This document shows positions 8,564-18,692 of a DNA stretch of 64,000 nt, piece after piece. Source of the stretch: an uncultured Geobacter sp. (GTDB lineage: Bacteria; Myxococcota_A; UBA9160; JADFDR01). Position 1 is the stretch's first letter, and the number at the start of each line of letters is the position of its first letter. The stretch is taken from NCBI GenBank assembly GCA_964424225.1, contig CAYRID010000002.1, positions 2,254 to 66,253 on the forward strand, written 5' to 3'. The position numbers and the translations under genes are program-made. A model generated the notes under the pieces. It made no database searches. It saw nothing but the letters and a program-made list of their open reading frames with translations, and was not told where the DNA came from.

Positions 8564-9754
8564 TCATTCCGCGACAGTTTGCGTCGCAGCTTCGCTCTTT
8601 CCACTTTTTTGTGTTACCACGAGATCGTCGCGGTGGATGACTTCATCGCCGTTTGAATAGCCTAGCAGCTGAGCGATGGCTTCGGCTTTGACACCGCAGA
8701 GCTTAGCGACCTCGGTGCTTGAATAACTTGAAAGTCCGCGCGCGAGTTCTGTGCCGTGCGCGTCGACGCAGCTCACAGGATCGCCGATCCCAAATTGCCC
8801 TTCGATGCGTAGAATGCCGGCCGGGAGCAGACTGCGCCCGTTTTGGACGATGGCCCTTGCGGCGCCCGCGTCGACGACGATTTTACCGCGCGGCCGCGCA
8901 GTAAAAGCGAGCCAGTGTTTGCGGCTGCGCATTCGTTCGCCGTCGCGGATCAGTGTGCCGATGCGCTCGCCGGCGGCAACGCGCAGAAGTACTTGGGACA
9001 CGGCGCCGCTGCAGATCACCGTCGCAGCGCCAGAGTGGGCGGCCTTTGTGGCGGCCTCAAGTTTCGTGATCATGCCGCCACGCCCGTAAGCGCTTCCCGA
9101 ATCGCAGGCCACAGCGCGAATCTCATCGTCGATTTTTACAATTTCGTCGAAAAGGGGTGGCTTGGCTTTGCCGGGCTCAGGTTTGGCGTGGTAGAGCCCT
9201 TCGACATCGGTCATCAAAATGAGCAGGTCAGCACCGACGACACTGACGATGGCCGCCGAAAGGTTGTCGTTGTCGCCAAAGCGAATTTCCTCGGTGGCGA
9301 CCGTGTCGTTCTCATTCACGATCGGAATGACACCAAGTTTCAAGAGTTCAAGAAAAGTGTGCCGCGCATTGATGAAGCGCTCGCGATTTTCAAGATCAGT
9401 GCGCGTGACAAGAATTTGTGACACGTGGCGATCGTAGTCGGCGAAGCTTCGTCGATAGAGCTGCATCACTTCGATTTGTCCGACGGAGGCGGCGGCTTGC
9501 TTTTCGGGCATCGAGCGGCCTGGGTGCGACCAACCGAGAACATGGCTACCTGCAGCAACGGCTCCCGACGAGACGATAACGATTTCGCGTCCTTCACAAA
9601 GAAGTTGATTTGTTTGCGCGGCGATTTCTGCAAAAAAGTCTTGGCGAAGTTTTCCACGATCCGTGAGTACGCTGCTTCCAATTTTTACGACGATGCGGCG
9701 TGCATTGCGTGCGAGCATGCGCGTTTCGGTTTGCTTCGTTTCGTGGTTGTCCAC
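8564..9754 (-). CDS. proB: Glutamate 5-kinase with C-terminal PUA domain
   Basis: IVVKIGSSVLT...IVSSGAVAAG...NENDTVA...FGDNDNLSA motifs. GTG start at 9754 sits behind AAAGGAAACC. ATG at 9718 is an alternative start. Confidence 0.9.
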   Translation of the reverse strand: MDNHETKQTETRMLARNARRIVVKIGSSVLTDRGKLRQDFFAEIAAQTNQLLCEGREIVIVSSGAVAAGSHVLGWSHPGRSMPEKQAAASVGQIEVMQLYRRSFADYDRHVSQILVTRTDLENRERFINARHTFLELLKLGVIPIVNENDTVATEEIRFGDNDNLSAAIVSVVGADLLILMTDVEGLYHAKPEPGKAKPPLFDEIVKIDDEIRAVACDSGSAYGRGGMITKLEAATKAAHSGAATVICSGAVSQVLLRVAAGERIGTLIRDGERMRSRKHWLAFTARPRGKIVVDAGAARAIVQNGRSLLPAGILRIEGQFGIGDPVSCVDAHGTELARGLSSYSSTEVAKLCGVKAEAIAQLLGYSNGDEVIHRDDLVVTQKSGKSEAATQTVAE

Positions 9755-9834
9755 ACGGTTTCCTTTTTTCCCTTTTGCACTATCGGCGTGGGAGATGAAC
9801 TTCGCTGCAGCGTGTATTGCGGTGCGAGATCCGT

Positions 9835-10932
<1,098 letters not shown>

Positions 10933-11056
10933 TTACGGAATTCGCCTGCGGCCTCCAAAGTGTAAGCCGGACAAAAGGCAAACGAGAAGCGCCGCCCAGA
11001 GCGCGCCCGCGACAAAAATCGAAAAGAGAAATTTTGATAAAAACGCAAAAGGGTGG

Positions 11057-11314
11057 CTAAGCGTCGAAACTCTTTATGTTCGCAACGACGCGTCCCTTGG
11101 AGCGTCCATAGTCCACGACGCCATCACAAAGTGCAAAGAGCGTAAAGTCACGTCCGAGGCCTACGTTACGACCCGGAAAAATTTTGGTTCCGAGTTGGCG
11201 CACAAGGATCGAACCCGCCGAGACAGCTTGTCCGCCATACACCTTCATTCCGCGGCGCTGGCCGTGACTGTCGCGACCGTTTCGTGAACTACCTTGACCT
11301 TTTTTATGTGCCAT
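11057..11314 (-). CDS. rpmA: 50S ribosomal protein L27
   Basis: [29 protein letters not shown]... is the canonical L27 N-terminus. Confidence 0.95.
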   Translation of the reverse strand: MAHKKGQGSSRNGRDSHGQRRGMKVYGGQAVSAGSILVRQLGTKIFPGRNVGLGRDFTLFALCDGVVDYGRSKGRVVANIKSFDA

Positions 11315-11322
11315 GACGAATC

Positions 11323-11634
11323 CTAGCCTTCAATTTTGTCGATTCGAATTTCCGTGAAGTACTGCCGATGACCTTGGCGACGGCGATATCCCTTGCGGCG
11401 CTTCTTTTTGAAGATCGTCACCTTCGGTGCGCGTGCTTGCTTGGTGATGGTTGCCAAAACCTTGGCGCCATCGACGAGCGGCATGCCCACGCGCGGGTTG
11501 CCTTCGTTCGAGATCAACAACACATCGGAAAGCTCGATACGCCCTCCGACTTCACCTTCAATTTTTTCGATTCGGACGGACTGTTCCGGTTCAACCCGAA
11601 CTTGTTTTCCGCCGGTGCGAACTACCGCGTACAT
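11323..11634 (-). CDS. rplU: 50S ribosomal protein L21
   Basis: [18 protein letters not shown]...[10 protein letters not shown] is typical L21. It lies immediately upstream of rpmA. Confidence 0.95.
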   Translation of the reverse strand: MYAVVRTGGKQVRVEPEQSVRIEKIEGEVGGRIELSDVLLISNEGNPRVGMPLVDGAKVLATITKQARAPKVTIFKKKRRKGYRRRQGHRQYFTEIRIDKIEG

Positions 11635-11642
11635 GGAAACCC

Positions 11643-13502
11643 CTATTGCTTTTCAGGAGCGGGCAGTATCGGAGATTCCGCTTGAACGTCAAGCGTCTCC
11701 GCTGCGGATTCGTCTTCTTTTTGAGTCACCGCTGCTTCGAGGCCCGTGGAAACGCTTTCTGCCGCGGTAGAAGGCTCGTCGCCATGATTTTCTCTCTGCG
11801 CAACAAAGGCGTCGAGGCCGTTGTCGACGGGTGCGTTGCCATGGCTCGCGGTTTGTTCGTCGTCGGTGCGGGCTTGATCGCTTGCAGGGTCTTCGCTCGT
11901 CGTGCTTTGGCGCCGAGTTTCGTTTTGGGTGTTGCCTCGCTTGTCTCGGTTTCCTTTGGTCTTGCGGTCTTGTAGCCACGAGATTTCGAGTTTTACGGGC
12001 TCGCCACCATCGACGGCAGCGACCTCAAAGTGCTCTTGATGCAACTCAGACTGCGCATGGATTTCGATGCTGCGGCCATAGAGCTGGCAAAAGCCATCGA
12101 GCACTGCTTTTTCTTGCGTAAGCAAAATCGCGGCGACATCGGGATGCACCGAGACGACGATTTTTCGCCCGCAAAAGCGCATGAGGTCTTTGCGGATCTC
12201 ACGCAATACTTTGTAGGCCACGGTTTCACGCGACTGCACGAAGCCGCGACCTTCGCAGTGACTGCATGGCTCGCAAAGCGATTGCACGAGATTTTCGCGC
12301 GTGCGCTTGCGCGTCATTTCCACAAGCCCAAGCTCAGAAATTTTTAAGATGTTCGTCTTCTGCTTGTCTTGGCGCAGAGATTCTTGCAGCGCGCGATACA
12401 CTTTTTCGCGATTGGCCGCGCTTTCCATGTCGATCAAGTCGATGATGATGAGTCCGCCGATATTGCGAAAGCGAAGCTGGTGCACGACCTCTTTCACAGC
12501 CTCGAGGTTTGTCTTCAAGACCGTATCTTCAAGATCGCGTTTTCCGACGAAACGGCCGGTGTTGACGTCGATGGCGGTGAGTGCTTCGCACTGATCGATG
12601 ATGAGATAGCCACCCGATTTGAGAAGTGCCTTCTTGCCGAGGTTGGCGTCGATTTGATGCTCGAGTGTGAAGTGATCAAAGATCGGTGTTGATCCGTCGT
12701 AAAATTCGATTTTCGGCTTGGGTTCGGCAACGAAGTTTTCGACAAATCCGGTCATCTCGTTGTAGACCTCTTTCGAATCGACGACGATGCGTGAAGTCTT
12801 GCTGTCTGCAAAATCGCGCACGATGCGTAGCGGCAAAGAAAGTTCGGTGTAGAGCACGCTGGGTGCCGGAGCCTCTTTGCGCTTTTCTTGGATACGATTC
12901 CACACCGTCGAGAGGTAGCGTACGTCGGCTTCGATATCGGCATCGCGTGCGGTTTCACCGGCCGTGCGAATGATGAAGCCAAGGTCATCGGGGCGAAGCC
13001 GTGCCACGATTTCTTTGAGTCGTCGTCGCTCGCGTTCAGAATCAATGCGGCGCGAAACGCCTACACGGCGTCCCCATGGTGTCAGCACCAAGTGCCGCCC
13101 AGCAATCGAAATGTTCGAAGTAATGCGTGCACCTTTGGTGCCGATCGGCTCTTTTGCGACTTGCACCACGATTTCTTGGCCTTCGCGAAGCAAGTTCTCG
13201 ATTTTGGGCATGTGATACGAAGAAGCGCGACCGCGTCGGCGTCCGTTCTTGCCGCCGCCGTTCTGCATCATTTTTTCGTCGATGTAATCACCGACGTAAA
13301 GGAAGGCAGCTTTTTCGAGCCCAATATCGACGAAGGCGGCCTGCATTCCGGGCAGTACGCGAGTCACGCGACCCTTCACTACATTGCCGACGACCGTGCG
13401 ATCGTGCGTGCGCTCAATGTGTAACTCGTCGAAAGAATTTTTCTGGATGAGTGCTGCGCGGGTTTCTCCCGACGCAGCATTGATGATGATTTCATTTTGC
13501 AT
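11643..13502 (-). CDS. rng: Ribonuclease E/G family endoribonuclease with about 109-aa disordered acidic C-terminal tail
   Basis: S1 domain (GNVVKGRVTRVLPGMQAAFVDIG), a DNase-I-like/5' sensor region, and a Zn-link-like CEPCSHCEGRG. ATG at 13502 is preceded by GAGGA at 8-nt spacing. Conserved position upstream of rplU. Confidence 0.85.
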   Translation of the reverse strand: MQNEIIINAASGETRAALIQKNSFDELHIERTHDRTVVGNVVKGRVTRVLPGMQAAFVDIGLEKAAFLYVGDYIDEKMMQNGGGKNGRRRGRASSYHMPKIENLLREGQEIVVQVAKEPIGTKGARITSNISIAGRHLVLTPWGRRVGVSRRIDSERERRRLKEIVARLRPDDLGFIIRTAGETARDADIEADVRYLSTVWNRIQEKRKEAPAPSVLYTELSLPLRIVRDFADSKTSRIVVDSKEVYNEMTGFVENFVAEPKPKIEFYDGSTPIFDHFTLEHQIDANLGKKALLKSGGYLIIDQCEALTAIDVNTGRFVGKRDLEDTVLKTNLEAVKEVVHQLRFRNIGGLIIIDLIDMESAANREKVYRALQESLRQDKQKTNILKISELGLVEMTRKRTRENLVQSLCEPCSHCEGRGFVQSRETVAYKVLREIRKDLMRFCGRKIVVSVHPDVAAILLTQEKAVLDGFCQLYGRSIEIHAQSELHQEHFEVAAVDGGEPVKLEISWLQDRKTKGNRDKRGNTQNETRRQSTTSEDPASDQARTDDEQTASHGNAPVDNGLDAFVAQRENHGDEPSTAAESVSTGLEAAVTQKEDESAAETLDVQAESPILPAPEKQ

Positions 13503-14308
13503 TGCCAATGTCCTCAAGCTTGCGCTTGTCTCGCCTTGCCCTTACGTGCGGCACCGATGGAACTGTGTGGGCTCAAAAGGCAGACAGTCCGCGTTCGTGC
13601 ACCGCAGCGTAAGCGGCGAGCCGAAAGATCAGATCGTGAGAAACTGCGGGGGACGAGCGTCAGTTCGCCTCGGGTTCGGGCGTACGGATGCTCAAGGGGG
13701 TACCCGTCGAAAAAAATCTTTCGACGGAGGGATGAAAATTTCTCGTTTGATGATTCCGGCTCATGATTTGTGAGATCAAGCTCGCTTAAAATTGTTTTTG
13801 TTTTTATGCGGAAGTCGCTCGCACTGCGCTGAGAAGAAGGGCTCCCGTGCAAATCCCGTTCACCTGGAACGCCCCTTGATTTGGCCCTGCTTTTTGACTC
13901 AGCTTTTCCTCGACTGTTCAATCCAAATTCGAATTCATAATTTGGGTTGAACTCACAAGTTGATTCAACTCGATTTCAACTCACTCGATGAAGTTCAATG
14001 CTTACGGCTTCCGCCGGATTTTCCGTTTTACTTTTTCTAACTCGTACCTTGCTCAAGCCTTTTGAAAGCGGAAAGGCAGAACCGCAAAAACTTCAAATTC
14101 TCTGCGAAACTTTGGTGATCCTTTCCTTGGTCGCAGAATATGGCTTCCGATCCTATCGGATTTATTGCCAAGTGGGTTGACTTCTTACGCACAAAATATT
14201 CAGCACGACAAAAAAACCTGTTTCGTTCGCGTAGCGGCCTCTTCGCGCAAAGGCGCATCAAGTTTCTTGATCTGAATGCCTGGATTCGAATAGTCTTTTG
14301 TCACGGTT

Positions 14309-14929
14309 GTGATGATTCACTCGAACGTTCTCGTCTTGAATCGGTCTTATCTGCCGGTGCATTTGACATCGGTGAAGCGAGCTTTTGTCTTGCTTTACCG
14401 GGGTGTTGCCAAGGCGCTCGGCGAGGATTTCCAGACCTTCGAATTTTCAGAATTATGCGTGCCGTCGGACGCGGCCACGGGCAGCGAAGAAGATGTGATT
14501 GGCACGGTGCAAGGCTTCATTCGCGTGCCGCGGATCATCGTGCTTGCCAATTATGATCACCTGCCGAAGCGGCATGTTCGCTTTAGCCGCCAAAACGTAT
14601 TGATGCGGGATGGATTTACTTGCCAATACTGTGGTGTGAGGCTCCCCAAGTCGGAACTCAATCTCGACCATGTCGTACCGCGCGCGCTCGGTGGAAAAAC
14701 GACATGGGAGAACATTGTTGCGAGTTGTTTCGAGTGCAATCGCAGCAAAGGCAGTCGCACGCTTGCTCAAGCGCGCCTTGCGTTGCGAAAGAAACCCGTC
14801 CGTCCGCGTTGGACTCATTGGACGCATTCCTTTCATGGAAAAGTGCGCTACAAGGAGTGGCAACCCTTCCTTCATGTCGTCGAACAGCGCAGAATGAGCG
14901 ACGGAAGTTTTGAATCGCCGAGCGTGTAG
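14309..14929 (+). CDS. HNH endonuclease-family protein
   Basis: CQYCGVRLPKSELNLDHVVPRALGGKTTWENIVASCFECNRSKGS has CX2C...H-N-H...CX2C. ATG at 14312 is an alternative start. Confidence 0.7.
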   Translation: MMIHSNVLVLNRSYLPVHLTSVKRAFVLLYRGVAKALGEDFQTFEFSELCVPSDAATGSEEDVIGTVQGFIRVPRIIVLANYDHLPKRHVRFSRQNVLMRDGFTCQYCGVRLPKSELNLDHVVPRALGGKTTWENIVASCFECNRSKGSRTLAQARLALRKKPVRPRWTHWTHSFHGKVRYKEWQPFLHVVEQRRMSDGSFESPSV

Positions 14930-15023
14930 TGCCGCTCGCGCAAACCAGTGCAGCGATGCATCGACCCTACAGAGAGGTGTTTTGGTGGACCACGACGAGC
15001 AAGAGAGTTTGCCGTTTTGTGCG

Positions 15024-15995
15024 ATGGAAACGGCACCGCGAATTCTTGCCGTCGGTGGCGGAAAGGGTGGTGTCGGCAAGACGTTCTTTGTCGTGAACCT
15101 AGCCGTTGCGCTTGCGCGGCTCGGGCACGAAGTCGTCTTGGTCGATGCCGATCTCGACGGAGCCAATCTGCATACCGTTCTTGGTGTCGGGAATCCTTCT
15201 AAGAGTCTCGCGGACTTCATTGCGTACCGTGAAAAAGATCTTGCGAAATTGGTTTTGGATACGGCGATTCCGCGCTTGCATTTCATTGCGGCAACGCATG
15301 CGAATCTTGCCTCGGCACAGCCCGGGCATTTTCAGCGTGTGCGGTTTTTGAAAGATCTGCGTAAGTTACGCGCCGACGTCGTTCTGCTCGATCTTGGTGC
15401 GGGGATGCAGCCGGCATTGATGGATTATTTTCTTGCGGCCGACGACGGCATCATCGTCATGACTCCCGAGCCGACCTCGATTGAGAATGCGTACGGTTTT
15501 TTGCGTGCTGCTTTTTATCGCTGCATTCGTTCGGCGGTGAGTAGCGAAACCATACGCACTTTAGTGACGGACGCTATGGATCAACGCAACGACCTTGGCA
15601 TCCGCAGTCCTTACGATTTATTGCGCGAGATCGTTGCCAAAGAGCCGCAAGAAGCAGAAAAAATTGAAGAGGCGCAGCAGGCTTTTCGACCGCGCATCGT
15701 TGTCAATCATGTGCTTTCGGCGGAAGAAGTTCGGCTCGGTTTTGCCGTGCGCAGTGCTTGTCAAAAATATTTTGGAATCGAGGCCGACTACCTGGGCTAC
15801 ATCAACGAAGATTCGTCGGTGCGCAAGGCCGTGACGGCGGGTCGTCCCTTTGTCGAGGCGTTTCCGCGTTCGGACGCCGCAGTTTGTATTGGGCGCATGG
15901 CGCGCAAGATTGCCGCCGTGTTGGAACTGCACACGACCCTTGCACCGACGTTGCCAAAAATGCAGCGAGTAGAGAATTATGAAAGCACTGAGTGA
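15024..15995 (+). CDS. ParA/MinD-family P-loop ATPase
   Basis: Deviant Walker A ILAVGGGKGGVGKTFFVVNLA, followed by VVLVDADLDGANLH and VLLDLGAG. I chose the ATG at 15024. The listed ORF starts at 14910, inside the HNH gene's 3' end. Confidence 0.7.
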   Translation: METAPRILAVGGGKGGVGKTFFVVNLAVALARLGHEVVLVDADLDGANLHTVLGVGNPSKSLADFIAYREKDLAKLVLDTAIPRLHFIAATHANLASAQPGHFQRVRFLKDLRKLRADVVLLDLGAGMQPALMDYFLAADDGIIVMTPEPTSIENAYGFLRAAFYRCIRSAVSSETIRTLVTDAMDQRNDLGIRSPYDLLREIVAKEPQEAEKIEEAQQAFRPRIVVNHVLSAEEVRLGFAVRSACQKYFGIEADYLGYINEDSSVRKAVTAGRPFVEAFPRSDAAVCIGRMARKIAAVLELHTTLAPTLPKMQRVENYESTE

Positions 15996-16617
15996 GCAGA
16001 CACACTACGAAGTGTTGGAAGTGTCGCGACATGCGTCGTCGGCTGAGATTGAGCGTGCGTATTCGCTTGCGAAGATGGCTTACGCCGACGGATCAGTAGC
16101 GATGTATTCACTTTTCGACGAAAAAGAATTGCAAGAGCAGCGCACACGCATTGAGCGCGCCTACAACGTTTTGTCGGATGCCGTGGTGCGCGCGGAATAC
16201 GATCAAACTCTGCCTGCGCAGTCGGAGTCGCCAGAGCAAAATTTGCGCACTTTCGGGCTGCGCCCCTCGGCGCTTGTTTCGTCGCTCTCGACGGCGGAGG
16301 CCAGTTCAAACCTTGATGAACTTGTGCATTTCGATGATGCAGATGACTCGGTGTGGGACGGTCCGCGCTTGCGGCGCAATCGCATCGGTCGCGGCATCGA
16401 GCTTGGAGACGTCGCTGCGCTCACAAAAATCAGTCCTGCGATGCTGCGCTTTCTCGAAGAAGATCGATTCGATGCATTACCTGCAAATGTGTACCTGCGT
16501 GGTTTTGTCGACGCGTATGCGCGCTGCATCGGCCTCGACGCGCAGAGAGTTGTTCCTAGCTATATGCAGCGCTGTGAGAGCGCGCGTCGCGGTGTGCCGA
16601 TCCTACGCAAAACTTGA
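15979..16617 (+). CDS. J-domain-like (no HPD) protein with C-terminal RodZ-type helix-turn-helix
   Basis: N-terminal HYEVLEVSRHASSAEIERAYSLAKMAYADGS...RIERAYNVLSDAVVRAEYD is a J-like fold, with ADG where HPD is expected. The C-terminus is GIELGDVAALTKISPAMLRFLEEDRFDALPANVYLRGFVDAYARCIGLD. The start overlaps the ParA-like gene by 17 nt. Confidence 0.6.
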   Translation: MKALSEQTHYEVLEVSRHASSAEIERAYSLAKMAYADGSVAMYSLFDEKELQEQRTRIERAYNVLSDAVVRAEYDQTLPAQSESPEQNLRTFGLRPSALVSSLSTAEASSNLDELVHFDDADDSVWDGPRLRRNRIGRGIELGDVAALTKISPAMLRFLEEDRFDALPANVYLRGFVDAYARCIGLDAQRVVPSYMQRCESARRGVPILRKT

Positions 16618-16660
16618 TCCAACTTAAAAAAGTGTCATTTGAGTCGAAGGCGATTTGCGC

Positions 16661-17584
16661 ATGCGATATGAAATTACGCAAAACGAGCAAGGCCAACGTC
16701 TTGATGCGGCATGTGCAGGTTTTGCTCAAGTGCCACGCGCGCAAGTGCAGCGCTGGATCGAGAAAGGACAAGTTCTTCTCAACGGGGCGCCGGAACGAGC
16801 GAGCAAGCGCGTACAAGTGGGCGACGTGATTCAAATTCAACACTTTGAAGTGTCAACGTCCGCCGTTGAGGCCGAAGCGATTTCGCTTCGCATTTTGTAC
16901 GAAGACGAAGTCTTGCTCGTCATTGACAAGCCTGCGGGGATCGTCGTACATCCGGCACCGGGGCATGCGCAGGGCACACTCGTGAATGCACTTTTGCATC
17001 ACTGCGGATCGAAACTTTCTAGTGTTGGAGGGGCACAGCGTCCGGGGATCGTGCATCGCTTGGATCGTGGGACTTCCGGCGTGCTTGTCATCGCCAAAAA
17101 TGATTTTGCACACCAATCTTTGTCGGATCAATTTCGCGAACATTCGATCGAACGTATTTATTGGGCTCTTGTGCGCGGCGTGCCGCAAGCCGATCGAGGA
17201 GAGGTTGATCGACCGATTGGTCGCCATTTGCGCGAGCGCAAAAAAATGTCCGTGCGTACGCGTTCTGGGCGAGAGGCTCGCACGACGTGGAAAGTGAAAC
17301 AGCGCTTTTTGAAGAGCGAAATCAGCTTGATCGAAATTCGGCCGCAAACGGGACGGACGCATCAGATCCGCGTGCATCTTGCGTCGGCAGGTTTGCCGCT
17401 GGTCGGAGACACTGTGTACGGACGCGCCAGTGCGAAGAATAGTTTGCTGACGCGCCCAGCTCTACATGCGAAAGTGTTGGGATTCACACATCCGCAAACG
17501 GGCGAGCGGCAGCGCTTCGAGACGCCGCCGCCGGAAGATTTTCAAATGTTGCTCGAAGTGCTGGCACAAAAAGAGGAGAGATGA
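16661..17584 (+). CDS. rluD: RluD-type 23S rRNA pseudouridine synthase (S4 domain + RluA-family catalytic domain)
   Basis: S4-like N-terminus (QRLDAACAGFAQVPRAQVQRWIEKGQVLLNG), catalytic HRLDRGTSGVLVIAK, and GRTHQIRVH. Confidence 0.85.
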   Translation: MRYEITQNEQGQRLDAACAGFAQVPRAQVQRWIEKGQVLLNGAPERASKRVQVGDVIQIQHFEVSTSAVEAEAISLRILYEDEVLLVIDKPAGIVVHPAPGHAQGTLVNALLHHCGSKLSSVGGAQRPGIVHRLDRGTSGVLVIAKNDFAHQSLSDQFREHSIERIYWALVRGVPQADRGEVDRPIGRHLRERKKMSVRTRSGREARTTWKVKQRFLKSEISLIEIRPQTGRTHQIRVHLASAGLPLVGDTVYGRASAKNSLLTRPALHAKVLGFTHPQTGERQRFETPPPEDFQMLLEVLAQKEER

Positions 17585-18273
17585 GCGGTTTTCTAACGCA
17601 TCCACTTCTGGAAGAAATTGGTATTGTGCATGGTTTTGGAACCCGCGCTGCGCATGCACCGTCGGGATTGCTGCGTCCGCGTCAAGTTCATGGCACGGAG
17701 GTTGTGGTCGTCACGTCTCGCGTCGCACGCGATCTGGGTGACGCTGACGCAATCATTTCGACACTTTCCGGTGTTTATGTAGGTGTGATTACGGCAGATT
17801 GTGTTCCGATATTGGTCGCTGAGGCATCCGGCAAGGTGGTTGCTGCGATCCACGCAGGTTGGCGCGGGCTTGCGGCAGGCGTCATTGAGCGAGCTTTGCA
17901 GGCGCTTTCGCACCTCGGGACAGATGCGAAAAGGTTGCGGGCAGTGATTGGTCCGCATATTGGGCCGTGTTGTTATGAGGTGGACACGCCGGTACTTAAT
18001 GCCATGCGCAAGCATTTTCCAAACTTGCAACAGGCTGTGACGCAGCGCAGGACGGCGCGCATCGGCGAAGAGATGCCGATTAAAAATGCACAACTCGATT
18101 TGGGGCTTTTGGCCGCGCAAGAACTTTTGCACTGTGGACTTGTCGCAAAACACGTCGCGAAAATTCCGGATTCGTGTACGGCTTGCGATGCTGCGCGGTT
18201 TTATTCTTATCGCCGCGATGGTGCGGGAACGGGTCGGCTGGTGCATTTCATTGCCGCCACAAACGAGGCTTGA
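17581..18273 (+). CDS. pgeF: YfiH/PgeF-family purine nucleoside phosphorylase / peptidoglycan editing factor (laccase-domain protein)
   Basis: Motifs HG...VH..E...ADA...TADCVPIL...HAGWRG...GP.I..CCYEV...CT.C....FYSYRRDG are typical of DUF152/YfiH. Confidence 0.85.
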   Translation: MSGFLTHPLLEEIGIVHGFGTRAAHAPSGLLRPRQVHGTEVVVVTSRVARDLGDADAIISTLSGVYVGVITADCVPILVAEASGKVVAAIHAGWRGLAAGVIERALQALSHLGTDAKRLRAVIGPHIGPCCYEVDTPVLNAMRKHFPNLQQAVTQRRTARIGEEMPIKNAQLDLGLLAAQELLHCGLVAKHVAKIPDSCTACDAARFYSYRRDGAGTGRLVHFIAATNEA

Positions 18274-18692
18274 CACGACGCGCGACTCCGCATAGGTTAG
18301 GTCTCGTGCCGGTTCGATCTTTTCGGGCACAACTCCCCATCGCGAATCAGCTCCTTCGTTTGCAATCGTGAGCGACAAGGCTTCGAGTGTGTTGCAGGGG
18401 CGGAGAGTTCCCGGGAATTTTGTGTGTACCCCGTTGCCGGTGCGTCCGAAGTTTTATTTAGCATTTCATTTTTAAGTCCAAGGGCGGAAGGACTTCGGTC
18501 CGAGTAGCGAGTAACTAGCGAGAAACGAACAACCACTGGGCGCGACCCAATTCAAATCGAAACCAAATTTCGCATTTCGTTCGGCATTTGCATCGATCGG
18601 GCGCTTCGCGCGACACGGCGAATTTCGGCCGACCCATTGATCCAAAACATTTTAGTGTGTAACCCCAAATCAACGTAGGAAGAGAGGCCAAA

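Noticed and set aside
13514-13921. 135-aa minus-strand ORF upstream of rng
   Set aside because: Composition is Ser/Arg/Pro-biased. There is no RBS or homology, and it would overlap the rng start. It is better explained as part of a long untranslated leader.
14910-15023. Longer ParA-like ORF start overlapping the HNH gene's 3' end
   Set aside because: The extra 38 codons (MNRRACSAARANQCSDAS...) lack any ParA N-terminal features. The ATG at 15024 sits directly before the Walker A region.
18274-18692. Possibility that the rho-upstream gap encodes RNase P RNA, SRP RNA or tmRNA
   Set aside because: I could not find the conserved cores: GAGGAAAGUCCGGGC-type P4 for RNase P, the GGAAGGAAGCAGCC-type SRP domain IV, or a tRNA-like acceptor/T-arm for tmRNA. 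An AAGTCC string alone is not enough.
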